DNA of 64,000 bases, taken from positions 896,001 through 960,000 of the forward strand of contig CAVOXA010000014.1 of the NCBI GenBank assembly GCA_963700285.1, in the 5' to 3' direction. The stretch comes from an uncultured Chloroflexia bacterium. GTDB lineage: Bacteria; Chloroflexota; Anaerolineae; JAAYZQ01. The position numbers and the translations under genes were made by a program. Below are positions 28,880-39,025 of this stretch, piece after piece. Below the pieces are notes generated by a model. It saw only the letters and a list, made by a program, of their open reading frames with translations. It did not search any database and had not been told where the DNA came from. Position 1 is the stretch's first letter, and every line of letters starts with the position of its first letter.

Positions 28880-30511
28880 ATGAGCAGGACAGTTCTGAGG
28901 AACGGACGCATCGTGGATGGGACAGGGAACCCCTGGGTATGGGGAGACCTGGCCATGGAAGGCCAGCGGATCACCGGAATCGGCGCCGTGGAGTTGGTCG
29001 ATGGTGACGTGGAAGTGGACCTCCAAGGCCACATTGTCTGCCCGGGCTTCATTGACATCCACACCCACTCGGACAGTACCTTCCTATTCGACAAATATGC
29101 CTACAGCAAGGTCTGCCAGGGGGTAACGACCGAGGTTGTAGGTAACTGCGGGCTGTCCTGCGCCCCCCTCTCAGGGAGTGGCGGAGAGATATACCTGCAG
29201 GTGAACAGCCAGATCTTTGGCCAGGACCTCAGCGCGGACTGGGAGTCCATGGACGAGTATCTGTGCCTGTTGGAGCAGAATGGGCTGCCTCTCAACGTCG
29301 CAGCCATGGCTGGCCACAGCACTGTTCGAGCCTGCGTCATGGGCTACGCCACCAGGCCGCCGACCCAGGACGAGCAGAATGAGATGGGCAGGGTTCTCAG
29401 GGAATCGCTGGAGGCGGGTGCGTTTGGCATGACGCTGGGCTATAAACCAGGCGATCAAGCCGATGAAGATGAACTCGCGCATCTTGGCCGCATCGTGGCA
29501 GAGTACGGCGGTTTTGTGTCCGACCACTCTGCCCAGCTTTCGCTGAAATCGGGGCATCCTGCAGGTGAGGACAGCTACCTGGCCATGACCAGCATCATCC
29601 GCAAGCTCCTCAGGGTGGGAGCACAGGCTCAGGTCCCAGTGCACATTGCCCACGTCAAAGCGATTGGACCTGCGGCCTGGGGTAGGGCGAACTGGATCAC
29701 CGATCTCATAGACCGGGCGCGAGATCAGGGGATCGACGCGACCTGTGATCTTTACGGCTACACCGCCGGCGGCGGTGGATTGGTCGGGCTGTTTGCACCA
29801 CAATCCCTATTGGAGGCGGCAGATTCCCAGAACCTACCCGCCTCCATCCGGGCAGCCGTGGCCGACCCGGGCAAGATGCAGGCTGCCCTGCGAGCGATTG
29901 GACAGTCGTTCCGCGGACTGGGCGGAGCAGACAAGGTCCGGATTGTGTCCTTTCCGCCGGATCCAGGCGTGGAGGGCAAAACGTTCCAGGATATCGCGGA
30001 GGCAATGGGCAAGGCCCCGGCAGTAGTCGCCCTCGAGTACCTCCAGCAGGGTGATGCCCGGCTGAGATGCGAGGTAATGCTCGAGAAAGACGTGATTCAC
30101 CTGATGCAACATCGGACAGCCATGATCTGCTCCGATGCGACATCCATGTCCCTCGAGGGTGGCCGAGTGAAGGAGATGGTGCATCCCCGGACCTTTGGCG
30201 CTTTTCCCCGCATCCTGCGGCGCTATGTCACCGAGTTTGGGACGCTCAGCCTGCCGGAGGCCATACGCAAGATGACGGCGGCGCCGGCGCAGCGCCTGGG
30301 ACTCAGGGACAGGGGCCGGCTGACTGAAGGGGCCTACGCTGATGTTGTAGTCTTTGATCCAAAACAGATCGCTGATCTGGCCACCTATTCGGACCCATAC
30401 CGCCTGCCAAGAGGCATCCGGTACGTATACGTCAATGGTACACTGGCTGTCAGCGAGGGAGAATTCCAGAGAACGCTGACGGGGCAGGTTTTGAGAAAAA
30501 AGGGGAGTTGA
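28880..30511 (+). CDS. N-acyl-D-amino-acid deacylase (D-aminoacylase)
   Basis: PGFIDIHTHSD, GNCG, HPRTFGAFPRIL. Confidence 0.9.
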   Translation: MSRTVLRNGRIVDGTGNPWVWGDLAMEGQRITGIGAVELVDGDVEVDLQGHIVCPGFIDIHTHSDSTFLFDKYAYSKVCQGVTTEVVGNCGLSCAPLSGSGGEIYLQVNSQIFGQDLSADWESMDEYLCLLEQNGLPLNVAAMAGHSTVRACVMGYATRPPTQDEQNEMGRVLRESLEAGAFGMTLGYKPGDQADEDELAHLGRIVAEYGGFVSDHSAQLSLKSGHPAGEDSYLAMTSIIRKLLRVGAQAQVPVHIAHVKAIGPAAWGRANWITDLIDRARDQGIDATCDLYGYTAGGGGLVGLFAPQSLLEAADSQNLPASIRAAVADPGKMQAALRAIGQSFRGLGGADKVRIVSFPPDPGVEGKTFQDIAEAMGKAPAVVALEYLQQGDARLRCEVMLEKDVIHLMQHRTAMICSDATSMSLEGGRVKEMVHPRTFGAFPRILRRYVTEFGTLSLPEAIRKMTAAPAQRLGLRDRGRLTEGAYADVVVFDPKQIADLATYSDPYRLPRGIRYVYVNGTLAVSEGEFQRTLTGQVLRKKGS

Positions 30512-30513
30512 CC

Positions 30514-31993
30514 ATGAGAATCGCCATCGCAGAGATATCACAGGAAACGGATACCTTTAGCCCAGTCCTGACCGGGCTGCAAGACTTTGAACAAAACGGC
30601 TTGCTGTACGGCGACGAGATCCTGGAAAAGATGCAGGGCGTGGGAAAGGTCGGCGGCTTTCTATCCATCGCCGCGCAACGAGACAACATAGAACTACTGC
30701 CCATCATCCGGGCACAGGCCATGGCCGGCGGCAGGATTACCGAGGAGACCTTCGAGTACCTGAAGGGCAAACTGCTGGCAGGACTCAGAGAGGTTCTGCC
30801 GGTGGACGGGGTGTACCTCTCACTCCATGGCGCCGCATCCACCCAAGAGACCGACGACATGGAGGGTCAAATACTCTCTGAAGTCCGGCAACTGGTTGGC
30901 AACGCTGTGCCCATCGTGGCGCCCCTGGATCACCACGCCAGCATCACCAGCCTGATCATGGATTCCGCCGATGTGGTGATAGGCTTCCAGACCCAGCCGC
31001 ACGATCCCTTTGAGACCGGCGAACGAGCAACCAGGCTCCTGTTCGACCTGCTCGAACAGCAAAATCTCGCCCACCGGAGCCTGGTTCAGGATCCCCATGG
31101 TCACTCCCCAGGACCAGTTCCTCACCTCCGGGGGACCGATGAAGGAGTGGTTCGATCTGGCGCGCGATATGGAGCGATTGCCGGGCGTAATAACCGCCTC
31201 CAACTTCCCTATGCAGCCCTGGCTCGACGTGGAGGACGCAGGCTGGACTGCGATGGTCTACACGGACAGCGACCAACAACTCGCCAGAAAGCTGGCCGCC
31301 GAATTGGCCAACAAGGCATGGGAGCTGCGGGATCAGTTCTGGGTCTCGGAGCGCCTGTCACCGGCGGAGACCATCAGGCAGGCCGACGGCGCCGAGGAAG
31401 GGCTCATTATCCTCGCGGATACCGGTGATTCTACGTTCGGCGGGGCGCCGGGCGATAGCACCTGCCTGTTGCGGGAGATGTTAGCGCAGAGGATCACCAG
31501 CACGGCCTACGTGCCCATGGTCGACGCCGGGGCGGTGGCGGCCGCAATCCAGGCCGGAGAGGGACAGGAGGTCACACTGGACGTGGGCGGCAAGATGGAC
31601 AATCTCTTCAGCAAGCCCGTCCGGGTGACCGGCACCGTCACGCGGATCACCCAGAATCTGGTTCTTGAGCTGGGCGGAAGGGGCCCCTGCAATATGGGCC
31701 GGACAGCGCTCCTGGAAGCCGGCAGCGTCAAGATCGCACTGGTCGATGCCCGCGTCGCGGCCATCAACTTCCCGGCCATGTACACGCACCTGGGCCTGTC
31801 CATTGATGAGGCCAAGATGGTAGTGCTCAAGACAGCGAGCAACTTCCAGTACTTCGCCCCGTGGCGCAAGGGCCTTATCCGTGCTGACTCGCCTGGTATG
31901 ACCCAATCAAACCTGCACGACTTTGACTGGGTGCGTGCTCCGCGGCCACTCTATCCCTTTGATGAGCTATCGGAGTGGAAAGCCGCGCTATAG
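30514..31993 (+). CDS. M81/MlrC family metallopeptidase, frameshifted at ~31058-31064
   Basis: QETDTFSP, LSLHGA, DHHA, QPWLDV, GAPGDST. It is collinear with the intact paralog once one base is removed. Confidence 0.85.
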
Positions 31994-32034
31994 AAGCGCA
32001 TCAGGCGCTTGGACTCGTTCGAGGAGGAACGGAC

Positions 32035-33525
32035 ATGAGGATCGCGGTAGCACAGATCATCCAGGAAACCCATAGTTTTAACCCAAATCCTACGGACCTG
32101 GACCACTTTGAGCACGCTGGCGGCATCTACCACGGCTCGGATGTCCTGGAAAAGGCGGGCGATTCGGGCGAGATCGGCGGTTTTCTGGCGGCGGTAGAGC
32201 AGGAGGCAGTCGAGGTAGATGTATTCCCAATCGTGTCAGCAAATGGACATGCCTACGGCATCGTGACCGCTGAGGCAGTCCAGTTCTTTGAGGAGACATT
32301 GGTCTCGGGCCTGGCCAAGATCTTGCCGGTCGACGGCGTTTTCCTGTCCATGCACGGGGCAGCAGCGTCAGAACTGGTAGATGACGTGGAGGGCTACCTG
32401 CTGGCTGCGGTGAGGCGGGTGGTTGGAGAGGATGTGCCGGTGGTCGTACCCCTGGATCACCACGCCAACATCACCGGACAGATCGTCGACATGGCGGACG
32501 TGATTGTCGGCTATCAGGAGGAGCCCCACGATCCCTTCCCAACTGGCGAGCGAGCGGCCAGGATCCTCTTTCGCCTGATCCGCGGCGAAATCTCGCCCAC
32601 AATGTACTGGTACAAGATCCCGATGATGTCCTGGGCGGATCGGTTCATGACCGGCGAGTGGCCCATGCAAGAGTGGTTTGGCCTTGCCCGGGAGATGGAG
32701 GAGCATCCGGAAGTAATCTCTGTCTCTACCTTTCCTGTCCAACCCTGGCTCGATGTAGAGGAGGCCGGTTGGGCCGCCATCGTCTACACGGACAACAACC
32801 CAAAGCTGGCCCGGGATCTGGCGGCACAGCTCGCAGACAAGGCTTGGGAGTTGCGGGATGCCTTCTGGGAACCCCGCAGGCTGCCGCCCGAGGAGGTCAT
32901 CAAGCAAGCGATCGCGGCTGAGGCGGGCCCGATCATCATCTCTGACCCTGCCGATGCATCGGGCGCACCGGGAGACAGCAACTGCCTCTTGGCCGAGATG
33001 TTGCGCCAGGAGGTACCCTGCACCGCATTCGTACCCATCGTCGATGCCGCAGTCGTGAACCAAGCGATGAACGCCGGCGTAGGCAGCGAGATCACCGTTC
33101 AGTTGGGCGGAACACTGGATCCCGATAACCACGTCCCCGTGGAGGTCACGGCCCGCGTGGTGGCCGTGTCCGATGGGCCCAAAGTGAGGACCCACGACTA
33201 CCGTGGATACGCCAAGACACACCCAACCGCGCTCCTGCAAGTAGGCAACATCCATATCGTCGTATCCAAGGGCCTGGGCGGCATCAACCACGCCGATGTC
33301 TACCGCTATTTTGGCCTGGAACCCGCCGAGGCCAAGATGATAGTAGTCAAGATGATTGGTCATTTTGAATCATTTCGCCCAGTGATGAAGGAACTCATCT
33401 TTGCCGATTGTCCAGGGTGGTCCGGAGATCTACGGAAACAGACGTGGACGAGAATCCCTCGTCCGACCTACCCATTCGACGAGATGGCCGAATGGCAGGC
33501 GGGAGGCGAGTGCACGGCACGATGA
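32035..33525 (+). CDS. M81/MlrC family metallopeptidase
   Basis: QETHSFNP, LSMHGA, DHHAN, QPWLDV, RPTYPFD. SD GAGGAGG. Confidence 0.9.
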   Translation: MRIAVAQIIQETHSFNPNPTDLDHFEHAGGIYHGSDVLEKAGDSGEIGGFLAAVEQEAVEVDVFPIVSANGHAYGIVTAEAVQFFEETLVSGLAKILPVDGVFLSMHGAAASELVDDVEGYLLAAVRRVVGEDVPVVVPLDHHANITGQIVDMADVIVGYQEEPHDPFPTGERAARILFRLIRGEISPTMYWYKIPMMSWADRFMTGEWPMQEWFGLAREMEEHPEVISVSTFPVQPWLDVEEAGWAAIVYTDNNPKLARDLAAQLADKAWELRDAFWEPRRLPPEEVIKQAIAAEAGPIIISDPADASGAPGDSNCLLAEMLRQEVPCTAFVPIVDAAVVNQAMNAGVGSEITVQLGGTLDPDNHVPVEVTARVVAVSDGPKVRTHDYRGYAKTHPTALLQVGNIHIVVSKGLGGINHADVYRYFGLEPAEAKMIVVKMIGHFESFRPVMKELIFADCPGWSGDLRKQTWTRIPRPTYPFDEMAEWQAGGECTAR

Positions 33526-33835
33526 AAGCTGCCAGCTTTATGATGATCCAGGATCGCGCGGGCTTTGAGCTAGCCGGTGATAAGCACGATGCCCACCTGA
33601 ACACCGAGGCTGGGATCGGGGGCACCTTCAAATTGCGCAGCATGCCAGAGCGAATGGCTGCCCACGGCTCGATGCCATAACATGCGCTGATTCCTGGAGA
33701 AAGGAGGCGGTAAAGCAGATCCGAAAAGCGGATGATGAGGGGAAGGCTCTCCGGCGCAAGCTCTCATTGCAGGGTACTGCGCCTGCAATCCGGTAGGCAT
33801 GGCAACATGATAGTAAACCCAAAAGGAGGAACGAG

Positions 33836-35629
33836 ATGTCTTACGGCAAAAAGTGGATGAGTGTGTTCTCTCTGTTGATGGTCGTGGTGATGGTCCTCGC
33901 AGGCTGTGGGGCTACACCCGAACCCCAAGTTGTCAAAGAAGTGGTCACCCAGGTTGTTGTAGAGACGGTCAAGGAGACCGTCGTCGTCGAAGGCAAGTCC
34001 GAGGTCGTCGAAAAAGAAGTCACCAAGGTCGTTGAGGTGGAAAAGGTCGTTGAGAAGGTGGTCGAAGTTGTGGTCACACCCACCCCGGAACCAACCAAGG
34101 CCCCATCTACCGAGCCGGTCTATGGAGGTAAACTGACTGCGGCCCTTGGCTCGGTACCAGCCACTCTGGATACAATGTCTACCTCAAGCAGTGCAACCAG
34201 CGGCGTAACAAACATGGTCATGGAAACCCTGGTCGCCTTTGGCGAAGACTTTGATATCGTACCCATGCTGGCCGAGTCCTGGGAATTGTCTGATGAGGAC
34301 AAGACTTACACCTTCCACCTGCGCGAGGGAATCAAGTTCCACGACGGAAGCGACATGACCGCTGAGGACGTGGTCGCTTCCATCACTCGCTTCCTGGAGG
34401 TCACCGCCCGGGCATCCGTGTTTGAAGTGATGGAATCCTACGAAGCCATAGATGACTATACTGTGGTCACAAGGCTCAAGAACCCATCCGCCGGCTGGCT
34501 CGGTACTCTTGCTTCACCATCCTCGTCCCTGGTGATCCAGCCCAAGGAGGTCATCGAAGGCAAGGGAAGTGGTGAGTTGGCGGTTCCGGATGACATCGTG
34601 GGCACCGGCCCCTACCAGTTGGTAGAGTATGTACCCGATCAATATGCCGTACTGACACGCTTTGAGGACTATCAGTCGCTGCCCGGGGAGCGCGACGGCC
34701 TGGGCGGCGCCAAAATCGCCTACTTTGATGAGGTCCGCATCGAGTTCGTACCTGAAGCAGGCGCCCGCCTGGCTGGCCTCGAGGTCGGCGACTATGACTG
34801 GATATCTGGTCCTTCATCGAGTGACATTGGCGTGATCAACGCCAATCCCGACGTCGAGCTTGTCATCATCCACCCGGCAAATGGTGGCTACATCATATTC
34901 AACGCGTCGGAACAGATGCCGTTCTCCAGCGATGTCAAATTCCGCCAGGCCGTGTTGGCGGCACTGGATATGGAAGCCCTGGGCATGGCATTCACAGGTG
35001 GCCATCGTGATCTGTTTGACCTCAACTCTTCTCTTTGGCCGCCAGAGACTACTTGGTACATAGATGACGAGTTCGCCAACGAACAGTACAACCAGAAAGA
35101 CCCAGAAAAGGCCATGAAACTGCTGGAAGAGGCTGGCTACAATGGCGAGGAAATCGTCATCGCCACCTACAACGATGAAGCATGGACCAGGATGATGCTG
35201 ACGCTGGCCAGCCAACTGGGGGAGGCCGGCATAAAGACCAAAGTAGAGCTGTACGACTGGCCGGGTATCTTTGCCAAGTGGGCCGAGGAAACCGGCTGGC
35301 ACATCAGCTTCACACAGAACAACTCCTTCCAGCTCCTAGATCCAGCGGCTGCGGCCGTGATGTGGGCCTGTGGCAGCAGCCACCCGGTGAACGCCCACTA
35401 CTGCAACCCCGACATGGAAGAAGCCTTTGCGGTTCTGTCCGCCGCTACCAACCTCGAAGAGTACAAGGCCGCCCTCGAGCCCATCCAGAGGATCTTTTAC
35501 GAGGATCTGCCCAATATCAAGACAGGTGAGAATCACGTCTTGGAAGCCATCCGCAGCGAAATTGAAGGCTACAGGGGCTTTGGCCGAGGTGGCACATACA
35601 GGTTCTATGGGACTTGGCGCCAAGAATAA
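33836..35629 (+). CDS. Peptide ABC transporter substrate-binding lipoprotein (family 5)
   Basis: Lipobox LAGC, V/E/K/T-rich linker, PMLAESWE..LREGIKFHDG, VGTGPY. Confidence 0.93.
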   Translation: MSYGKKWMSVFSLLMVVVMVLAGCGATPEPQVVKEVVTQVVVETVKETVVVEGKSEVVEKEVTKVVEVEKVVEKVVEVVVTPTPEPTKAPSTEPVYGGKLTAALGSVPATLDTMSTSSSATSGVTNMVMETLVAFGEDFDIVPMLAESWELSDEDKTYTFHLREGIKFHDGSDMTAEDVVASITRFLEVTARASVFEVMESYEAIDDYTVVTRLKNPSAGWLGTLASPSSSLVIQPKEVIEGKGSGELAVPDDIVGTGPYQLVEYVPDQYAVLTRFEDYQSLPGERDGLGGAKIAYFDEVRIEFVPEAGARLAGLEVGDYDWISGPSSSDIGVINANPDVELVIIHPANGGYIIFNASEQMPFSSDVKFRQAVLAALDMEALGMAFTGGHRDLFDLNSSLWPPETTWYIDDEFANEQYNQKDPEKAMKLLEEAGYNGEEIVIATYNDEAWTRMMLTLASQLGEAGIKTKVELYDWPGIFAKWAEETGWHISFTQNNSFQLLDPAAAAVMWACGSSHPVNAHYCNPDMEEAFAVLSAATNLEEYKAALEPIQRIFYEDLPNIKTGENHVLEAIRSEIEGYRGFGRGGTYRFYGTWRQE

Positions 35630-35655
35630 TCACTAGCCTCAGCTAGGCGCCAGAA

Positions 35656-35691
35656 TCGAGTGGAGGGCAGCCCAGACTGCCCTCCACTCGA
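35656..35691 (+). other. Perfect 15-bp stem-loop after the SBP gene
   Basis: TCGAGTGGAGGGCAG-N6-CTGCCCTCCACTCGA. Confidence 0.75.
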
Positions 35692-35733
35692 CCGGCGCGA
35701 GTTGCCTGGTAGGGCGCGACTGGCGATTCAAAG

Positions 35734-36906
35734 TTGGATGTATACCAAAGTGGACTCGGGCCTTTGACCAGTTACGAGAGAATACACACCGCTCTTCGCG
35801 GAAAGACGCCTGATCGTGTACCGGTCATAGCCCCCCTCGGCCTGGCTTTTCTTAGACGGCGACTGGGGCCGGGCCCGTTGTTTGAACGTTTTGTCGAGGA
35901 TCCCCTGGCGACCCTGGTGGGAGTCCAGGAAGAGTTGGGCTTGGATCCGGTGGTCTGGAGCTATTCTGAGTTTGAAGGGGAAGTCGTGGATTGGCCAGCA
36001 AGGCTCTTTCGCTGGCCAGAGCAAGCGCTGGCAGACTGGCAGACGGATGAGAAAACAGTAGACCGTGGGCCAGGCTATCGGGATATCCTACGCACCGTCA
36101 TCACTCCCAAGGGCAGGCTAACCTCTCGCTATCGCCGGCAGATGGATGCCAAGCTGATCTTGGAGTACCCCATCAAAGAGGAAAAGGATCTGGCTCTCGT
36201 GGAGTATCGCCCGGATCCGTCGCTGATGAGTGTGGAAAGCCTTTCTCAGATGGTGAGAACCGTGGGCCGCAGGGCTTTTTTCATGCATGTGGTCAGTGGA
36301 GTTTGGAATGAGGCCTGCAATCTGAGAGGCATGCAGCAGATCTGTTACGACGTCTACGATAGACCCCAGTGGGTCAAACGCTTCTTTGACATGATCAAGC
36401 GGCGCCAGGTAAGGCAGATTCATTGTCTGCACAAAGCTGCCATCCCGTGCGTAGTTGTCGACGAAACCTATGTCGGCATGGGCATCTCTCCGGCCATGTT
36501 CAGGGAGTTTGTCCTTCCATTCGACCAGGAGCTTGTCCGCGCCGCCCAGGAAAAGGGGCTCTTGGTCATCCTTCACAACTGTGGTAAAGCCCGGAGGCTG
36601 CTGGATCTGATGGTAGAAACCGGGGCGGACGCACTGGAAACACTGGCCCCACCCGCTTCCTCGGGCGATCTGGAGCTAGCCGAAGCGAAAGGACGTGTTG
36701 GTGATCGGCTCTGCTTGTGTGGCGGCTTTGACGAGCGGGTACTGGCTGATGGTGGAGTGGAGCAAGTTCGCGCGGAGGTGAGGCGCTGTATGGAGGCCGC
36801 TGCAAAAGGTGGGGGCTTTATCTTGCGCACTGCCGGCCAGGTACTCGATGCTCCTCCTGAAAACATGGAGGCCATGATCCAGGCAGCAGCGCTTTATGGC
36901 CAATGA
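35734..36906 (+). CDS. Uroporphyrinogen decarboxylase / MtaA-CmuA superfamily protein
   Basis: TSYERI..PDRVPV, ISPAMFREFVLP, LHNCG, GGGFIL. Confidence 0.85.
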   Translation: MDVYQSGLGPLTSYERIHTALRGKTPDRVPVIAPLGLAFLRRRLGPGPLFERFVEDPLATLVGVQEELGLDPVVWSYSEFEGEVVDWPARLFRWPEQALADWQTDEKTVDRGPGYRDILRTVITPKGRLTSRYRRQMDAKLILEYPIKEEKDLALVEYRPDPSLMSVESLSQMVRTVGRRAFFMHVVSGVWNEACNLRGMQQICYDVYDRPQWVKRFFDMIKRRQVRQIHCLHKAAIPCVVVDETYVGMGISPAMFREFVLPFDQELVRAAQEKGLLVILHNCGKARRLLDLMVETGADALETLAPPASSGDLELAEAKGRVGDRLCLCGGFDERVLADGGVEQVRAEVRRCMEAAAKGGGFILRTAGQVLDAPPENMEAMIQAAALYGQ

Positions 36907-36940
36907 TTCATCCATTTCCTAAAAAGGACTTGTCACTATC

Positions 36941-37999
36941 ATGAATTCCAAACAACGGATCCTGACTGCTCTGGAAAACCAACAACCAGATCGAGTACCG
37001 ATTATGGATGTCATCGATTCCTCGATCATCCTTGCCATCGCCAATATTCTTGGCTTTGACACCGACAGGCAGGAGAATGATCCCCTGGCAACCGTGGACA
37101 GGTACTGTCTGTTTGTCAAAGAGTTGGGGTTGGACGCTACGATCAGTAGCTTCTCTACGGGCACAGAACGCATCAGTGACGACCTTGTCATAAACCGGCA
37201 TGGCATGGTCTTTCAGAAGAGCGAACATGGCGAATCGGTACTCGTGGAAGGACCCATTGGGCAGCCGTCGGATCTTCAAGGATTCGAAATGGTGGTACCC
37301 CGCCTGGATGACTTTGAAGAAGTGGCCTACACCATGGACAGGGTCGGGAACGATTGGGCCCATTTTGTCGGGCTGGGTGATCCTTTCAAGACCAGTTGGG
37401 AACTGAGGGGCGGTATGCAGCACCTCATGATGGACTATTGTCTGGACCCGGAATTGGTTCACGACCTGGCCCGAGTGGCGACGGATTTCTCTCTCGCCGT
37501 TATCGAGTTGGCGGCCCAGGTTGGGGTAGATGGCATCTTTATGGGGGGCGATCTTGCAGGCAATCAGACCACATTGATGTCTCCCAAGCACTATCAAGAG
37601 TACGTCAAGCCCTATCACAAGGAACTGGTGACCAGCGCCCATCAAAAAGGGCTCAAGTTCATCAAGCATACTGATGGCAATGTGTGGCCCATTCTGGACG
37701 ACTTTGTGGAGGTTGGTTTCGATGCTTTTCACCCCGTACAGCCCCAGTGCATGGACATTGTAGAGGTAAAGGGGCATCTCTCTGGCAAAATGTGTGTGAT
37801 CGGCAATATTGACTGTATGGATCTGCTTCCCTCTGGCACAGAAGAGCAGGTAGAAGAAGCGGTCAGGGAGACGATCGCTGGAGCAGCAGCGGGTGGGGGA
37901 TACATTCTCTGTTCATCAAACTCAATCCACCCTGGTGTGAGTCCCAGAAATTACATAGCAATGGTACGGGCAGGCCACAGGTACGGAGCGTATGAGTGA
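36941..37999 (+). CDS. Uroporphyrinogen decarboxylase / MtaA-CmuA superfamily protein
   Basis: MNSKQRI..QPDRVP, MSPKHYQEYVKP, KHTDGN, GGGYILCSSNSIH. Confidence 0.88.
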   Translation: MNSKQRILTALENQQPDRVPIMDVIDSSIILAIANILGFDTDRQENDPLATVDRYCLFVKELGLDATISSFSTGTERISDDLVINRHGMVFQKSEHGESVLVEGPIGQPSDLQGFEMVVPRLDDFEEVAYTMDRVGNDWAHFVGLGDPFKTSWELRGGMQHLMMDYCLDPELVHDLARVATDFSLAVIELAAQVGVDGIFMGGDLAGNQTTLMSPKHYQEYVKPYHKELVTSAHQKGLKFIKHTDGNVWPILDDFVEVGFDAFHPVQPQCMDIVEVKGHLSGKMCVIGNIDCMDLLPSGTEEQVEEAVRETIAGAAAGGGYILCSSNSIHPGVSPRNYIAMVRAGHRYGAYE

Positions 38000-38055
38000 C
38001 TCTCTCTATGAGGCCGCTCTGCAGTTTGGTCTTCACTGACTGAGGGGAATTTCTT

Positions 38056-39000
38056 ATGGGAAGGTATATCGCACGACGCATCTTGGCATTCATACCGATC
38101 TTTTTCGCTGTGGCCGTCCTGGCTTTTCTGATGATCGACCTGGTACCGGGAGACCCAGTTGTGCTGATGCTCGGCTTGGAGACCGACGGGGAATCCATCG
38201 CTGCAATGCGGACTGAACTAGGTTTGGACAAGCCACTGTATCACCGAATGGCCTTATGGTTTGGCAAGGCTCTAAGGGGAGATCTAGGTAGTTCGTATTT
38301 TCTTCACCAGCCCATGACTCAAGCCCTGCGTGAACGGTACCCTGTCACCCTCAGCCTTGCGATTTTTGCTGCGGTGATAGCCGTAGGAGCAGGTATACCG
38401 GCAGGGATCACGGCTGCAGTCAACCAAGGACGCCTTTCCGACTGGGTAGCGATGTTATTGGCCCTTGTGGTGCTTTCGATTCCCAGTTTCTGGCTGGCAC
38501 TCAACCTTATCCTTCTGTTTGGCGTCAAGCTGCGCTGGTTCCCTGTGGGTGGCTTTGTGCCACTCAGCGAAGATCCGGTTGAGTGGCTCAAGCACCTGTT
38601 TCTGCCCGGTGTCTCGTTGGGACTGGCCTACGCGGCGGCGATCGCACGCATCACACGTACCAGCATGCTGGAGGTCCTGCGTATGGACTATGTTCGCACT
38701 GCCCACGCCAAGGGCCTTCGCAAATGGGTGGTCATTGTGAAACATGCCTTCAAAAATGCCCTGATCCCCGTGCTCACCGTGGTTGGCCTCTCCTTCGGCG
38801 GGTTATTGGGAGGCAGTGCAGTTACCGAAACCGTCTACACACTGCCGGGTGTGGGTCGCTTGATTGTGGAAGCTGTCCAGCGCCGGGACTACCCCGTCAT
38901 TCAGGTGGGCATCCTGGCTCTGACAGCCACCTATCTGCTGATCAATCTGTTGGTGGATATTCTCTACGTATTCATCGATCCTCGCATCCGCTACGACTAG
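38056..39000 (+). CDS. Peptide ABC permease (DppB-like)
   Basis: VPGDPV, DYVRTAHAKGL, DPRIRY. Confidence 0.93.
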   Translation: MGRYIARRILAFIPIFFAVAVLAFLMIDLVPGDPVVLMLGLETDGESIAAMRTELGLDKPLYHRMALWFGKALRGDLGSSYFLHQPMTQALRERYPVTLSLAIFAAVIAVGAGIPAGITAAVNQGRLSDWVAMLLALVVLSIPSFWLALNLILLFGVKLRWFPVGGFVPLSEDPVEWLKHLFLPGVSLGLAYAAAIARITRTSMLEVLRMDYVRTAHAKGLRKWVVIVKHAFKNALIPVLTVVGLSFGGLLGGSAVTETVYTLPGVGRLIVEAVQRRDYPVIQVGILALTATYLLINLLVDILYVFIDPRIRYD

Positions 39001-39025
39001 GTGTGGAAAGGAAACTGCTTCAGCA

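Noticed and set aside
33522-33680. 52-aa ORF overlapping the MlrC stop (ATGA)
   Set aside because: It has no recognisable motif or hydrophobic segment, so it cannot be supported without homology.
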